The translations under genes and the position numbers were made by a program. A DNA stretch of 54,974 bases, the filler included, from Sphacelaria rigidula (taxonomy: Eukaryota): NCBI GenBank assembly GCA_964200075.2. It is 4 parts of 4 records of this genome, joined end to end, with 100 filler letters (N's around TTAATTAATTAA, not from the genome) between each part and the next. Parts side by side here need not be neighbours in the genome. Positions count along the whole stretch, not along the records: positions 1 to 13,671 come from CAXNAA020002732.1; positions 13,772 to 27,440 come from CAXNAA020002733.1; 2 more parts are not named here. One strand, written 5' to 3'. The notes beneath the pieces were generated by a model, which did no database searches, was not told where the DNA came from, and was given only the letters and a program-made list of their open reading frames with translations. Shown here in pieces: positions 1 to 13,830 of this stretch (the stretch's first letter is position 1; each line of letters opens with the position of its first letter).

Positions 1-3000
1 GTGGGAGGGGGGTGATGGGAGGGGGGGGAGGGGGGGGGTGGGGGGGGGGTGGGGGGGGGGGGGGGGGGGGGGGGGGGCGATCGCACCGTCGGTTTCAAAA
101 CGATGGCACGTTCAACTAGGCAGGAATAGTGCGAGCCACACCGATGGACCACACGGCGCGATATGCGCAGTAAGGTTTGACCTCTCCTATCGCTGTCAGC
201 GATATGCATTATACAAATCACAAGGCTGGCCGGCGCAATCGGTTCAGGGGACCAACTGTTGGCGGAAACGCGATGGCTCGGTACACTCTCTGTCGCCACA
301 TCACCGCCGCTCGCTTGTACATTTCCGAGAGAGATAGAGGTCAATGTGAACGCCTTCCGGCGCGTGTGGGGGGCAACATCTCTACGCAACACCATCCAAT
401 AAGAAAAACAAACGCCAACCTGTCTGTGATGGGTCATATATGACAAGTGCCAGCCAACCCCGGCAGCGCCGCGGTGAGTGCCGGATACGCTCCGAGGAGG
501 GAGAAGGTCTTGTGCGACACATGACTGGGAAAGTATCGATACTCAAACCAGAACCGACAAGCCCAGAACAAGGCATCACTCGAATGAAACCGAATGAGCC
601 GGGTCGAAACGAAAATATTGCACACGCAAACCAGACCCGAGCAAAACGTGCTACATGACCGCAATACGAAAATAAAATAGAAGCCGACCGAAAAACGATG
701 CGACTATGAGCTGTACCATCCGATTTGAAAAATGACCCGAGCAACCTCGCCGATACATGAGAACGTCCACTTACGCTGACGGAAAGTATCGAAAGCCGTG
801 TCGGGACTCGCTACCACATCCACATCCCGCCTGACTACTGGAAGCACTTCAAATCTACAGAGGCACTGCAGACCAAGAGGATTTCTGTAGAACCGAAGGG
901 TAGCGGAAATAATCTACAATATGAAGATGCGGTAGATCTACGGGACTTGGCTCTAACTGATCAGGTATGATGTCATTCGACTTTTGCGAGGAATCGGAAC
1001 ACGATTCCTACGTCAGGCACGGCCAAACGCCCCGACGGGAAGGCTGCTGATGAAAAGTAGGGCGAGCGTCTGTATGATGCCTGTACGATGTCCATGTCCA
1101 ACGACGATGATCTCAAGCACGCGATATTCGTAGGGGGAGAATCAGTACCGAACAAGAGGACGAGCAAAACCTCGTGAAAACTGTTCCGAGATCAATGAAC
1201 AGCGAAAAAAGGAAAACCAGTGATACGCGGGTTGAAATGTGAGGAGCCTTGGAGCATACAACAAAAAAAAGAGAAAAGAAAGAAAGCGTCCGCGTCGAAC
1301 GCCAGAAAAAGGAAGAAGTCGTTTATTCATTTATAACTTTCACCTCCCCCGTGTATTTAAACCTCCGTTTTTCTTTCTAAACTCTACACAACCGGGAACG
1401 ATCGGAACAAGTCGTTCGCTACTAAGTTACCCCGTTTAATTCTAGACACCGACAAACTCGCAACCCCCGTCCACCATGTACATTTAATATGTTTCTCAAG
1501 ATCGGCTGAAATTTTCAGTCGGCAAACCCACTTAGGGGAAAAGGCAGGTAGTAGCAGGTACTGCGAAGTCACCGTGCGGCCGCACGGCAAGCGCATCCTA
1601 CCGCACAAAGTATTGGGACGTAAAAATTCTAAATACGGACACAAGACAGAGAGCGCAGCTACATGAATAAGTACCATCGGACACTTCCGGAAACGCCTCC
1701 TTCTCAAGCAGGGCATGAACACACTCTACTCTCAATATTTCACACCTTAGACAATGAAAATACATGGTCAATAGTTGCAACAGACAACAAATATACTGCG
1801 TAAAGTATAGACCTATTATTGCAGCTATTATCGGCCGACAATAGTCGCAAGAGGCCTGTACTTTTACGCAATAAATTTTTTGTCTGTTGCAACTATTGAC
1901 CATATACTGTCCAAGTTGTGCGATTGATGCATATACATACTCGCACAAATACAGGCATCGAAAACGAAAAGTCAGGCAAACATTGAGACAATCGCAACCC
2001 CTGGCTCTCCTTGCGCCGCACGGACGAGTCAGTCGGCACACGCAAGGTATGCGGCATGGACGGGAGATGCGCACACAGCACAAGAGTCACGACGCCCAAC
2101 CAATAAACTTGGATGAAGAAAACATATTTTCTCGGAGGACATCAAAGTAGGAACGAAAACATACATTGTGTAAAGCACACCGTTAACGAAAATTGTGAGA
2201 AAGGTGGATATCCAATACCACACATTAAACCTAAAAACAAAGAAAAAGAAAACAATACTTACAGAAATCCCCCGACGAACAACTGGGGGGACGATCAACA
2301 GCTCTGCCACACCACCGCTGACCAAAACATACTCACGTTTTTTACTGTAGCTGGGTATATCCACAAACAACAGCGGCCAAACGAGTTCGGGTGAAATGTC
2401 AACCTCTAGAAAAAATTCAATTTCGTGTTTAGTTTTTCCAGAGGACCCAGCTCCCTCCATCTCCAATTCTCATCAAGCTCTCACCCGCAGTGGGGACCCA
2501 AAAAGGTACATCACGACACCGTGGTGATGCCGGTTCAAAAACAATACCACACTTGATGCGGTATTTCACACATACTTGTATCGTTCGCAAAAAACCACAC
2601 TGTCTGTGAACGGTCTGAACTGCGCGTATTCTTTTTTTAAGTATTGACACTTGTTTTAACTTAAGTCGAACCGCGACGGCGTAAACAAGACCGTCGTGTA
2701 TTTCTCTCGCTAAATTGACCTTAACAGGCGTGGAACATATGAATCGTCATTGTTTATTTCTCATTCGCTTTCGAATAAGCAGAGAAACACCCGTGTTGTG
2801 TTTTCCTTGCCAGGTCGGTCTTCACATCACAATCGAGCACTTGCTCGGGAACAACCATGTCCGACAGACAATTTTCAAGTAGAAATGGTGCCGATTTTCA
2901 ACATATGAACAAGCGGTGCGCCCGAAAATGGTCGTGTATGATTAGGGCAAAACTGTATACTCAAAAATCTGAAGCTGGATGTGCCGATCATCGGATGCCT

Positions 3001-4620
3001 TGCTGTCAGCCGAAGGTGGCCCGGCGCTGGGGAGGAGCTCGATGCTGCTGGTTGCCGGAAGGTACAGAAGGCAGCTGGCCGAAGCTCCTGGCCTTTGCTA
3101 CTTGCCTGTATAGTTTGTACGGAGTAGACGACGCAAAACACGGGAGGGAGGACAGTAAGTGTTTGAATAAAAGATTGCTGTCTTGTTGTGTTCTGCAGAC
3201 GTATACAGAACCGATAGTTGAAATGCATGCTTGGTGCTCTTCAGAGTGGGAGAAAGTTTCTATGTATGCTTCGATCTACAGTACGTCTGCTGGTAATAGC
3301 AACGCGACATGACCTCGTCATCAGACAGTATACGAATGCTAAAATCAGGAGGTGCTCGTTACGGTGGCGGGGTGTACACTATCGGCCCTGTCCGGTCATA
3401 TATTTTTACTGTATATTTTTCGTAAAGAAAAATGAGCATGCAAGAGGCAATATGGCGGGGGAAAGTGTTGGAATATGACGGCGCGACTATACGCTATTTT
3501 CGACCACCCGAGAGTGAGACACAGTATTCGCGAAATGACGTTACCCAACGCTGTGAATTTCTTCATCTTGTTCATCTTACTTGGCAATGTTGCGGTCCCA
3601 CTTTCTTCGGGCCTCGACGTACTCCACGTTAGAGTAGAAAAAGAGCTTGTCTCTGAAGTCCAACAGCTGGTCTTCCATGTCTTGAAGCCTCGCTACCTCA
3701 TTGGTCCACCTGCATAACTATCGTGTGGTAGGATACACCAAAACCACCCGAAGATAGTACAGCAACGTGAACAGCGAGAGTAGCGGTTAGAAAATCATGT
3801 ACACGTTATATATTTATTGAGCAGCGAACAACAATGCATATTATTTTCCAGAAGGACGCGCCAAAAACAATGCCCTACTCTGCTGTCCAGGATAGCCAGT
3901 ATTTGAGGTTCATCTAACCAGAAGACTACTGAGTCTCGACCTTCGCTCCCCCCGACTTTCATCCCTGTCCGCATCGTGCGTTTTCACTTTGGGGTTTCAA
4001 ACTATGTCCATCGTATTTTTTTCTCAGGTTTCAGACCGGCACGGTAAAGAAAGCAGCACTTGAACACTCATTTCGTTGATCGAGTCTGCTTTGGCTACCT
4101 GAGCGCCGTCTACCATTCGAGCCAGCATGCGCGTCGGCTTTGGTGGTATAGTATTCCACACCGTTTTGAAACAGGCCACAAATAGACGCAAGGAAACAAA
4201 GCATGCTGCCCTCGAAATGGAGCGTTTCACAGACACCCTTGAACTGCATCGAGCTATTCACAGCGGCGTCGAGAAGCTTGCAGTGCAGTCAGCAAAATGT
4301 ATCGTCATCATATTTCTCATTCGATTCGTTCGAGGACAGTGGTGTCACCACAACCAGTGAGGTCGGATAGCATATATATGTACTGGAGGTATCACAAGCT
4401 CGGTTCCCGGTTTTGTGGTTTCTTCGCTGGGTGTGAGTTTTATACTATTTTTTCAGTTGGAAGTGATGACGATTCATGGGAGCACCTGGCCTGGCGGTCA
4501 AAGGGTCTCATCATCTGATCATCTGGTGAATCGCCATCACTTTCACTTGGAAAAATAGAATAAAACAAACCAGGGAACGGGGAACCGAGTTTGAGATACC
4601 TCTACTAAGGACCGCATTAA

Positions 4621-4827
4621 TCCTTCGACGGCGGTGTGGGTAGTTCATCTACATCACGCATAATTTTTTCAAGTGATTATTGATGCCGATTCAGCGGTTG
4701 ACCTACCCTTGCGGTCCAAGGGTTAACCCTTGTACCGCGGTTTGGGTAGTCCGTCTGGATCATGTATAATTTTTTCAAGAGAGTATGATGCCGATTCAGC
4801 AGGTGACCTACCCTCGCGGTCAAAGGG
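4621..4827 (+). mobile_element. Two tandem ~101-bp piggyBac-like MITEs sharing a TTAA
   Basis: Structure is TTAA(4617-4620)-unit 4621-4722-TTAA(4723-4726)-unit 4727-4827-TTAA(4828-4831). Each unit has CCCTT..CCGCG..GGGTAG / CTACCC..GCGGT..AAGGG inverted ends. A TTAA TSD with CCCT termini is the piggyBac signature. Confidence 0.75.
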
Positions 4828-5945
4828 TTAACGGGCCTTATTCTTCATCCCCTTTTTCACATCAATTTTCACCCATTTTTTAATGCAATATGGAGGAAAA
4901 TGAATGGAAAAGGACTAAAGAGGATGAAAGTAATGAAAAATAAAAGTCGTTGATGAGGGCCTAAGCAGCAATAGCAGAAGTGATGCTAGTAGTGGTAACA
5001 CAAGAGGACGAGTAACCGTTGTATTTGTGGTGTTCCCAGAGCTGGAAGTGCCCTTCGATGGTGACCGTGGCTTGGTATGTGCCCAAGATTAACGGTCTGG
5101 TACTTACCTGGTTGTGGTTGTTGTTCATGGGCTTCGTATTGATGCTGGATCTGTTGATCCTCCTAACCAGCTTTTCGATTCGCTGGACAGTGAGATCAAG
5201 AGCCTCGTTCACGTCCTGGAATCTTTGCTGTCTCCACGTATCCATAACACAAATAGGCGATGCTTGAAGGTGCGCTTCCTTGTACCCACAACTACTTCCG
5301 TGGTACGTATACCGTAGAAGCAGGCAGCGGACCAAACAAAGCAAAGAACAAAGGTGAAGACGATGTTTACCAAATGGGCGCTGCGTGCAACACAAATAAA
5401 TGGTAACGCTCAGGTGCTCGTACATAATTCTTGGCAAGCTATGCATTCCGTAGAAAACACACCGAGAGTGCTTTCAACTTAGCCCGCAGCTATGATTTTA
5501 TCGGGCATTGATCAACCGGTACCGGATAACACGCTCATCCACCTTCGCTTGACGCTTACAAAGTCGTCTATCCCAGATGGTGGGTACATGGCAGGCATCA
5601 GTGTTGATATTTACCCGAGTTTGCCGACTCAACGGTGGGGAATGTGTCACACACACGTCGTACCTACGATGGTCAAACTGACGTACACAACACATGACCA
5701 GTATGTTACATCAGATCATAGTCGTTGCTCAGGTGGAACGTTTGACAGGAAACGTTGGCTCCATCACTCTGAGATCATGCCGTGAAGATGTTTGCTGGCA
5801 TGTAAGACGATGCCCGGTCGCCACGGGTGCATGCATGACATAGACCCACACGAAGAGGTACGGGCATCGGGCTACATCCATCCCGACCGTCCCTTTCTTT
5901 TCCTGACTCCTCTCGGTCGCTGTAGTACGTGGAGCACTTTGTCAA

Positions 5946-6043
5946 CACCTTGACGGCGAGAGTAGGTCATCTGTTCAATCGGCATCAGTTTGAACTGAAA
6001 AAAGTATGCATGATCCAGATAAACTACCCTCGCGGTCTAAGCG
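5946..6043 (-). mobile_element. piggyBac-like MITE, same family as 4621-4827
   Basis: Reverse-complement match to the 4727-4827 unit, flanked by TCAA/TTAA. Confidence 0.65.
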
Positions 6044-7782
6044 TTAAATACAAGGGTGAATTTACCGGCCGTGGTTGTTGTTCATCTGACGTCACTGTGT
6101 GCTCCGTAGTACAATCAATGTTTCATTGTTTTCATTTTCACGCGTACGTACTTCGTACCACGTACAGAGAACCAATGAACTCGGCTACTCTGTCCCACCA
6201 CAAAGGCGGATCTATAGTTGATTATACTTTCCCCGTCGCAACTCTTTACCGCAGAATGCAGCTCCTTGGGAGAGTCCCACATTGACGGCGGCATGCAGAA
6301 GACCTCGCGTTACGTGTCGGGAGTGAGTGTGGGGCGAGTGGGTGTAGGGTTGCGAACTGACATACGATGTTTCTGGTTTCTCTTTAGCTCTATTCAGCAG
6401 AGTGACTCCCACGAGAAGGCATAGAGACAATTCTCCCAGCATGACAACGACCAACAATCAATGCGTTTAACTTGAAAAATATCACACAAATAAGTCCCCT
6501 CTACTCAATTAGTTCACTACACAGTCTAGACAACCCGGTGCAAACGCGGCCGAAGGAATTGCGACAAGCCTACCGGCTAAATCACCACCCTATAATCTAC
6601 TCTTCTTTTCCAGGAACACTGAAGAACCACTGACGGTATGAAGAGTTGCATGGAGGAAGAGCACGAAACCTCACCTGCAGTGCGTTGGTGGTAGACGTTG
6701 AAGAGTCGATTATCAAAGCTGCAGCGCAAAGACAGAAGAAGAAATACTGAAGCTGTCGATTGTTGATGCGAGTGCAACCACGGACGGCAGGCCGTGGTCT
6801 ACAGTCGTTGGGACGACCGCACTGTCCAGAAAGGTACACTGTATACTTCGATGGATGTTTTCAACGTTACTCCATGAAAAAGAACAGTGAAGCAGTTTGC
6901 CGAAACGTAGGTCCTGTTTGGTTGGTGTGGCTGTCTGATTGTGAGAGAGGGCTGGCTTGTGTTGGTGCTGGGCCTCAAACGGGTGGGGGAAAGGGAAGCA
7001 GGGGGGGGGGGCTTCCCAAGTTTACCACCGTTACTTAAGATGACATCAGCCAAAGGCTGCAGTGCTCGCGTGAACAGGGCCGTTTACGTGTGTGATCTAC
7101 AACAGTAGTACCGGGCGGGATTAAACACGGGAATAGGCAGTGTTGAACTCGCTGTTTGTATGATCGTTACTTCACAGCATGTTACTTTGAAGAACTTCAA
7201 AGTAGGTTGTGAAGAGTCGATGGATGCCCTCTGACATCAGAATGTGTGCTCTAACCCTGGAGGCGGCGCGCGATGTTTGTACACAAAAGGCCGTGACGGA
7301 ACAACTGTGACATCATTCGACGCTGATGGCGTAGTATACACCGCAGAACGTTATTCACGCTGTCCCGACGTGATATTATCATGTAACGCATGGATACAGT
7401 CATCAATATTTGTGAGTCACTCGAGAAGATCTCTGCAAACCCGTCGCCTACAGAGAAGGGGCGGGGCGCAAGTGTAGTGAAGTTGAAGTACCTGCTGTAA
7501 CATGCCCAACGTGTAACAAGGAAATTATTTTGTCGTGGTGAAAACAGGGTGTGACGTCAATCGTCAGCTTCTAAATGTATTTTCAACCGTAAAGAATGTG
7601 AGAATCATTGCGGGTGCGGGGCGGGTGTGTGTGTGGGGGGGGGGGGGGGGGGGGCCGGGGCGCACCGGGCCCCGGGCGGGAGGGAGAGTAAAACGATTGG
7701 AGTGAATTTGAAAAAACAAGAACNNNNNNNNNNTGACACATTTCCGCATTTTTATATGATGTTTTAGCAGGAAAAGAGGGTG

Positions 7783-7835
<53 letters not shown>

Positions 7836-9443
7836 CTGCCTGCGCGCGCACATCCCCGCGCGCGACGGTACTTCAACGCATTTCACTTAATTTTCAAATG
7901 CAAATACCTCGTATTTACTGTACATGCATTGCGTGATGATGCTGGATATTTCATAGCTCAGACAGTAGCAGCTGAATCAGAACTTTGCCCAAAGCTGCAG
8001 TCTGTTTTGGTCCTTCGTGGTGAGACCGCGCACACGAGACCGAACTATTATTGTTGCATCATCTTCGGCTCGAAAAACGCAACAAAATAACGAATCGTGG
8101 TGGTAACCGATACAGCTCACAGCGGGTCACGTGCAAGAGATATTTCTGATTAGAGATTAGAAGGGGCGAGTGAAGCAAATTTCAGCTGTCGCAATCACTT
8201 CATGTACTGTCCTGTAGCTTTGCCTCGTTTGGTCCTCTTGTGGCGCACGCTTCAAGATCTGTAGACTTGCAACAGCAGCATGGAAATCTCCCAATAACTT
8301 CATGTTGTAGATGCTTGTTTGCCGTTCAGTCCCAAGTGATTTCTGCTCGCCTCGCAGATGTGTCGGTGGTTGTATAATAGTACCACCACCCACGGTAGCG
8401 ATATCAACATGCTTCATCATCAACGACCTAATCCAGAATATGTGCTGTACTGCACCATACCGTACCACTCTCTGTACTCTACTGTGTTCGTGCCGGTGTC
8501 CATCGACGGGATGTCGCCCGCGTGCGGCGTAATTGTGAACGATTGAGCCGAGCAATGCGCGATCAACTGCATGACCCTGACTATCCCTTATCCCTTCACA
8601 AGTAGCATGAACTGTGCAATTGAAACGCGCTGTACTCCAGGATAAGCTGAACTCTAGTAAATGATCGCACCCCTCTTCTTTATCACACAAGTTCCCGGGA
8701 TCGCGCAGCGGGTTCTTGCAGCCGGTCTCACGCGGTAGATATATGGAACACCTTCTCCAGAGGTTCCCTTGTGGCAGATCCCGGGTTCAACAAAATGACA
8801 GGTAATGTCTACTTGTGCGGCCCATCAAGCCCATATAACTTCTAAATGCATTAAACAAAGACATTGTACGTGCGCAGGTCTGCAGTCAGTTTTCGTGGCG
8901 AGCGGTGTGCGTCCAGTCTCGCAAGGTCTCCCTTGATAAGCAAAGCTGGAACAACCACACGCAGCTTGATCCTTGCGTGATCTCCCAAAGCACCAAATCT
9001 ACGAAGTGTAAGGTAATTATGCCGCACCTTCAACGAAGAACAAACCTGCAGTCAATCTCCGGGCATTCCTTCGGCAGTATCCACGTGTGCGGCTCGCCAA
9101 CAGCTTGGTTCTTGGCATGGATTCCCCCATAATCGAAGGGGGGATGTCGTCCCCCAACAGTAGTATACACGGCGACGGTGAAGACAAGATGATGGCAAGG
9201 TTTTTGGAGTCATTGCGGCTGACAACACTGACACGTTCAGCAACAGCGGCATCAGGGCAAGAAGGTATTGTGTTTTGTCTACCGTAGTATAAATAGAGCG
9301 GTACCGACACAACGGTACAACGCTGTCGCAATCTCAAGATAACAACGTGTCATCAACGATTGGAAGGGATCACGACGCGGTACGTAGTTAGCGTTTCCTG
9401 GGAATTACGTGGCGTGAGGTGACTCTTATCCATTGTCCTCGAT

Positions 9444-10364
9444 ATGCTGCCTGAGAAATCCGGCCCTTGGCAACAACTGTACAATGTTCGAATTCTACTC
9501 GATTTCCGTAAAATGCGCTCAGTCCGCGGGGGTATTTGTATCTCATGTCCACGCCCCCCCGCTATCGTGGAACGACTGCAAGCAGGGTGCGCACCGACAA
9601 GCAATAGCAGCATAGATGGAAATTACGATAGCAGCAGCAGGAGCCATCAAAGTATTCAAGACTCCTCGTTTATGCAGAGATCTGCTCTCTCTCCGTCGCC
9701 GCCGCCACCGCTCGAGTGGAAGGATGGACTCGGGAAGTACATCGATCTACCGCCCAGTAAGCGGCAGATCTTGGGGTCAATGTTGGGAGTGGATGGGCAA
9801 TCAGGGTTATTTGAGGTTATTTCTGGTGGTGTCGCACTCAAACCGCTACAGGATTGTTTGAATGACTATCCTTTTCAGTCGTTGCTGGATGCTGCTTGGC
9901 GGGATGGAATACTCGGGGTCGAGGATATTGGAGTTGTGCCGCAGATTTGGCTGGAGGCCTCTGAAGAAGATGAAAGAGTCCAAGTTTCAGCAGCGGTAGC
10001 AAAAGAAGAGAGCGTCCAGGGTGCAGTATTATCATCAATATATTCGCAGCTCAGGGTGGTCGGCAACGCTGCGATCACTACTTCCACTGTTGGTTTTGGT
10101 ACCGCATCCGGGTCTTATACGACCCCTGCCGCGGTGTTCTTACAGACTGCAAAACAAAAGAATATGACGTTCTGCGCCGGTACTGAGACCAATTTATTTC
10201 GGCTCAGACACGCAGGCGGTTGTGATGGTACAGATTCGGGTGATGCAGGGGTCGGGGCCTGCAAGCATGAATGGTGTGGCCGTACACGGGAGCTATGGAA
10301 GCACCTACAGACTTGCTCCGAACTTCACTGCGGCTACAGTCGCTGCATCACTTCTAGTTGGGAG
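9444..10364 (+). CDS. Large exon/ORF of unknown protein (possibly frameshifted near 10200)
   Basis: 316-aa ORF with a globular-looking core (LEWKDGLGKYIDLPPSKRQILGSMLGVDG...GFGTASGSYTTP). Plausible donor GGAG|GTACGT at 10364. No family recognised. Confidence 0.4.
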
Positions 10365-10849
10365 GTACGTACGACTATTGTGTGCTGTCTGTAACCTACC
10401 GTATCGCACGGCACTCTCTGCCCTACAATTATGGTCAAGGACACAGAAATAACGTCAGTCAGTCTACCGCTGACCGAATATCACCCGTCCCGCGGCGCGC
10501 ACTACTGCCGCTCAGTCGTGTGCAGACAATATCAAATGTATCGAGACACAAGTTGTATTTTTAACCGTGCACTCAACTCAGAGCACACCGCCACCTCGAC
10601 AGAGACACGCGAACAATACGGGGGGAGTGGGGTGCGGGTGGACACAGCCCAAAAACAACCCGAGATAATCACCTGTATGGAGGTTCTTATCGATGGTGCG
10701 TATCACTTTTTATGTGATCACTGTTGGAAAAAACGGCCGGTGACTGGTTGCTGCGATACCCCCCCATATAATCGCGTCCACCTCCGCCCACCTGCGTCAT
10801 ATTTCCAGGTGCAACAGATGCGGAGGTGGGCAGTGCGCGTGTTTTCAAA

Positions 10850-13610
10850 GCTGTCGACAATTTTCTCCACAAACCTGGACTGAGAAATCTTGCTCGTACT
10901 GTTGTCCCTGTTGCGCTCGTATGCGCATCCACGGTAGAATGCTATGTCCCCAAAATCCCTTTCGGGAAACTTGAGTAATATAGCTGCTCTGAGCTTACCA
11001 CACTCTTCAATTTTCCTTGCTAGATACCACAAGGCCATCCATGCAGAGGTAGGAACGCTTATACATCGCCCTCCTCTAACAACCTGAAAACGCACGATTC
11101 AATCAAGTATTGCTCGAACCCGTACTCCTTGAGGTCTGTCACATGTTTGGCGCTCCACGCCCTACCTGCTTGCTTGAGCCCATATAAGGCTCTCAAGACT
11201 CTGGCGTATCGTCCGGAAAAATCGCCACAGCCTTCTCTTATGCGCAAGCAGATCTACTCCTCTAGACATGACTGAATGGACGCTTCTTCCACGTGCAAGT
11301 GGTACATCTCAAGGTTGCTGTGGCAACCATTGGCAGTGAGTGCTCTTGGCATGGGACTAGGTAGGGGTGGGGGCGAATATATCGTCAAACTCGACACTAG
11401 GCTACTGCAGATTTCCAAACACATAAACCTAGCCTTAACCTTGACCACAAACCCATCCTGATCGATCTTCCGACTATAGCGACTTTGCTTCAATGGCCTT
11501 GCAACCCTCCGGCAGCTGATCTACCAACTCGAAAGTCAGTTTCATCACGAACTCGGCAAACTTATACCCAATTCGAGTACTCACGACGCGTTTTGGGTGT
11601 CGGCTCTACCTCTATTACGTGCTCCCGTTCAGAACCATACTCCACTGATTGTGCCATGAAAACCGCACATGTGGTCGCGAAGTTGGCGTCTCCAGCCATG
11701 TCCATCAGCGGTGCCCGTACGCTCTGCTGTTGTGCGCGGGTTTGCTGTTGCTTGCGACCGAGCGCATGCAGGTATGATTCAGGGGGACTAGCTCCCGCCT
11801 CGCTGCTGTTGTTGATGTCCAGCTCACCATCTTTGCCTGCCGGTGTTGACTACTGCTGCTGCTGCTGCTGCTGCTGGTGGTGGTGGTCTTGAACGCGAGT
11901 TTACGGTTGCTCCCGCTGCTGTTGTTGTCGTTACTGCTCTTGTCTGCAAGTGTGCTGCCGTGAATGCCCAAACACGCGTGGCTCAGCCACGGGTGATCTA
12001 TCGCCTGCCTCGCTGAAGTTGATTTCCGCCGCGCTATCAGCTACGCTATCATCGGGCTGTACTGTCTGCTCCTCGCCCTCCCCGCTTTGAACTCGAGGGT
12101 GGGATCCCCCATCGCTGGTACCCGCCCACCTCACACTTGTACGAGTCGCAAGCGTTGAAATCCGGACCGTTTCTTGTTCATCAGCTCCGTCGTCGGACTT
12201 GACCTCTTGGCTTGTACTAAACGAAGTACTCTTCCATCCAAGCGAAGAACCAATGTCTTGTTGCATGGGTACAGAAAGTCGGCGCTGTATCACGTTGCAT
12301 GTTGTGATCACATAACAACCCTTGGTCAGCATTTGCATTGAATCTCGATTACGATTTCGGACGGGTCCAAGATAGAAACGCTCTTGTGCCTTGGCCACAT
12401 GTCTCGGAATACGGTCTTGTTTGCGGTACCCCGGCTTGAGAAGCGGAAACAGCTTGAGCTCGGAGACTTCTCCGTAGAGCACTCCTTTGGGGACTTCATG
12501 CCAAGGTAAGCAGTTATTGCAAATCTGTTTAGCGCGTCTACTGCAAAATTGATAGACTCAACCCGCAGCGATCCCTAGACGTCAACGCCGTACGATCGAC
12601 CAGCACCTATTCTAGCTGCCATTGCGGTTGCCTTTACCATCGTATTCCCGTGTTCTGTCACCCTGTTGTGCTGGGGCTGTCTGAAGGAGTGAACTCCTGC
12701 TTGATGCATCGTTCCCTGCATTGGTCACCACAAAAATCCTCGAACTCCCCATCAGAGTCGCTCCGCTCACATTCTGCAATCGAGGGAATACGGTCTGCTC
12801 GTACATTCCCTATGATTTGTTTGAAACATTTTGTTGTTTTTGATTTTAGGCGTGCGATGTACACCCCAAATCCCCCCGAAAAATCACACTGAATCAACAT
12901 GCAGTAACTCCTACCACCTGGATTATGTACACCCTTAGACTCACGCAGATCAACACAGACGCGTTGCGGTCTCTCAAGTGCACGAGTAGCCGTCTCCCGC
13001 GAAATTGGCCACCGTCGGCCCTTGACCAGCGGACACCCAAGGCATGGCTCTGACTTGCCCTCACGCTCCATAGCGATAGTTTTGGCCGATTTTCGACGTA
13101 AAACCTCGTTTAAGGGGCCGTAAGATTGGTGAAACAAATGATCCTTGACGGCACCATTGAGCGACATGAAATCAGGGGCGAGTACAGCGTTTGCCAACTC
13201 GTTTTCGGATGAGTCAAAACTCACCCTCCCAACAAGCTGGGAGGCGGCGATAGGCGAGTATCACGGATTGTATTCCCTTTCCGGAGGGAAAACCCATTTC
13301 CCCCCAACGTTCACGGGTAATCACACTCTCGACTAACAAACCAGTGCTAGATGATCAATGACGGCTGCGATCCTGAGAGGAAATAAGCTTTAGTCTAGCA
13401 TGGGCACGTGTGCTACTTTTCCGAGGTGAAGTCTGGACTCACATCTCTCGCACTGGGATGGTCCAGTTGAACTCCCACGCCTCTGGATGGGAAGTGTTGG
13501 ACCGTGTACAATAGTCAATTCAACTCTACCGTTAGCCTTGGTATAGTTACACATGCCCTCCTTGATAGGCGTAGTCATGTCACGATAAGCCACTACCAGC
13601 CATCCGAATG
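10850..13610 (-). mobile_element. Degenerate Ty1/Copia pol (PR - GAG-pre-integrase - INT - RT)
   Basis: Fragments in Copia order: protease-like 13390-13593; integrase 12658-13224 (CLGCPLVKG, RVCVDL, RSDSDGEF, IKQEFTP); INT C-terminus 11931-12482; RT 10718-11493 (KARF, LYGLKQAGRAW, ISQSRFVEKIV). Many stops and frameshifts; truncated inside RT. Confidence 0.9.
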
Positions 13611-13671
13611 AGCTACGGAAGGAAAGTAATGAGCGCCAGAATGTTGGAGGTGTCTATTAGGAGTAGGAACG

Positions 13672-13771
13672 NNNNNNNNNNNNNNNNNNNNNNNNNNNNN
13701 NNNNNNNNNNNNNNNTTAATTAATTAANNNNNNNNNNNNNNNNNNNNNNNNNNNNNNNNNNNNNNNNNNNN
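13672..13771. other. Artificial contig linker (N44-TTAATTAATTAA-N44)
   Basis: Exactly 100 bp, with a six-frame stop cassette. Confidence 0.98.
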
Positions 13772-13781
13772 CAGCAGCAGC

Positions 13782-13830
<49 letters not shown>
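13772..13830 (+). repeat. (CAG)n(CAA)n microsatellite at contig start
   Basis: Direct reading. Confidence 0.95.

Larger units (their letters stand above)
2337..6718 (-). pseudogene. Multi-exon gene or pseudogene of unknown product (partial model)
   Basis: Exon-like segments with AG/GT boundaries on the minus strand: 6675-6718 (FDNRLFNVYHQRTA), 5108-5262 (SPICVMDTWRQQRFQDVNEALDLTVQRIEKLVRRIN...), 4486-4545 (ESDGDSPDDQMMRPFDRQAR), 3581-3709 (WTNEVARLQDMEDQLLDFRDKLFFYSNVEYVEARRKWDRNIAK) and ~2337-2480 (GTGAGT donor; needs a frameshift). Two junctions are phase-compatible and one is not. Further candidate exons lie near 770-1180, 1680-1855 and 8250-9280. Confidence 0.4.

Noticed and set aside
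1-77. Poly-G/poly-C tracts (also ~7636-7835, 17940-18110, 40305-40367) as G-quadruplexes or poly-Pro/Gly ORFs
   Set aside because: Most lie at contig ends or next to N gaps, so their lengths are unreliable and may be sequencing artefacts.
973-5262. Resemblance of FHEV...PDVGIVFRFL and QRFQDV...IEKLVRRIN to ORC3 termini
   Set aside because: By-eye similarity only. Intervening exons do not fit and are too short; a profile search is needed.
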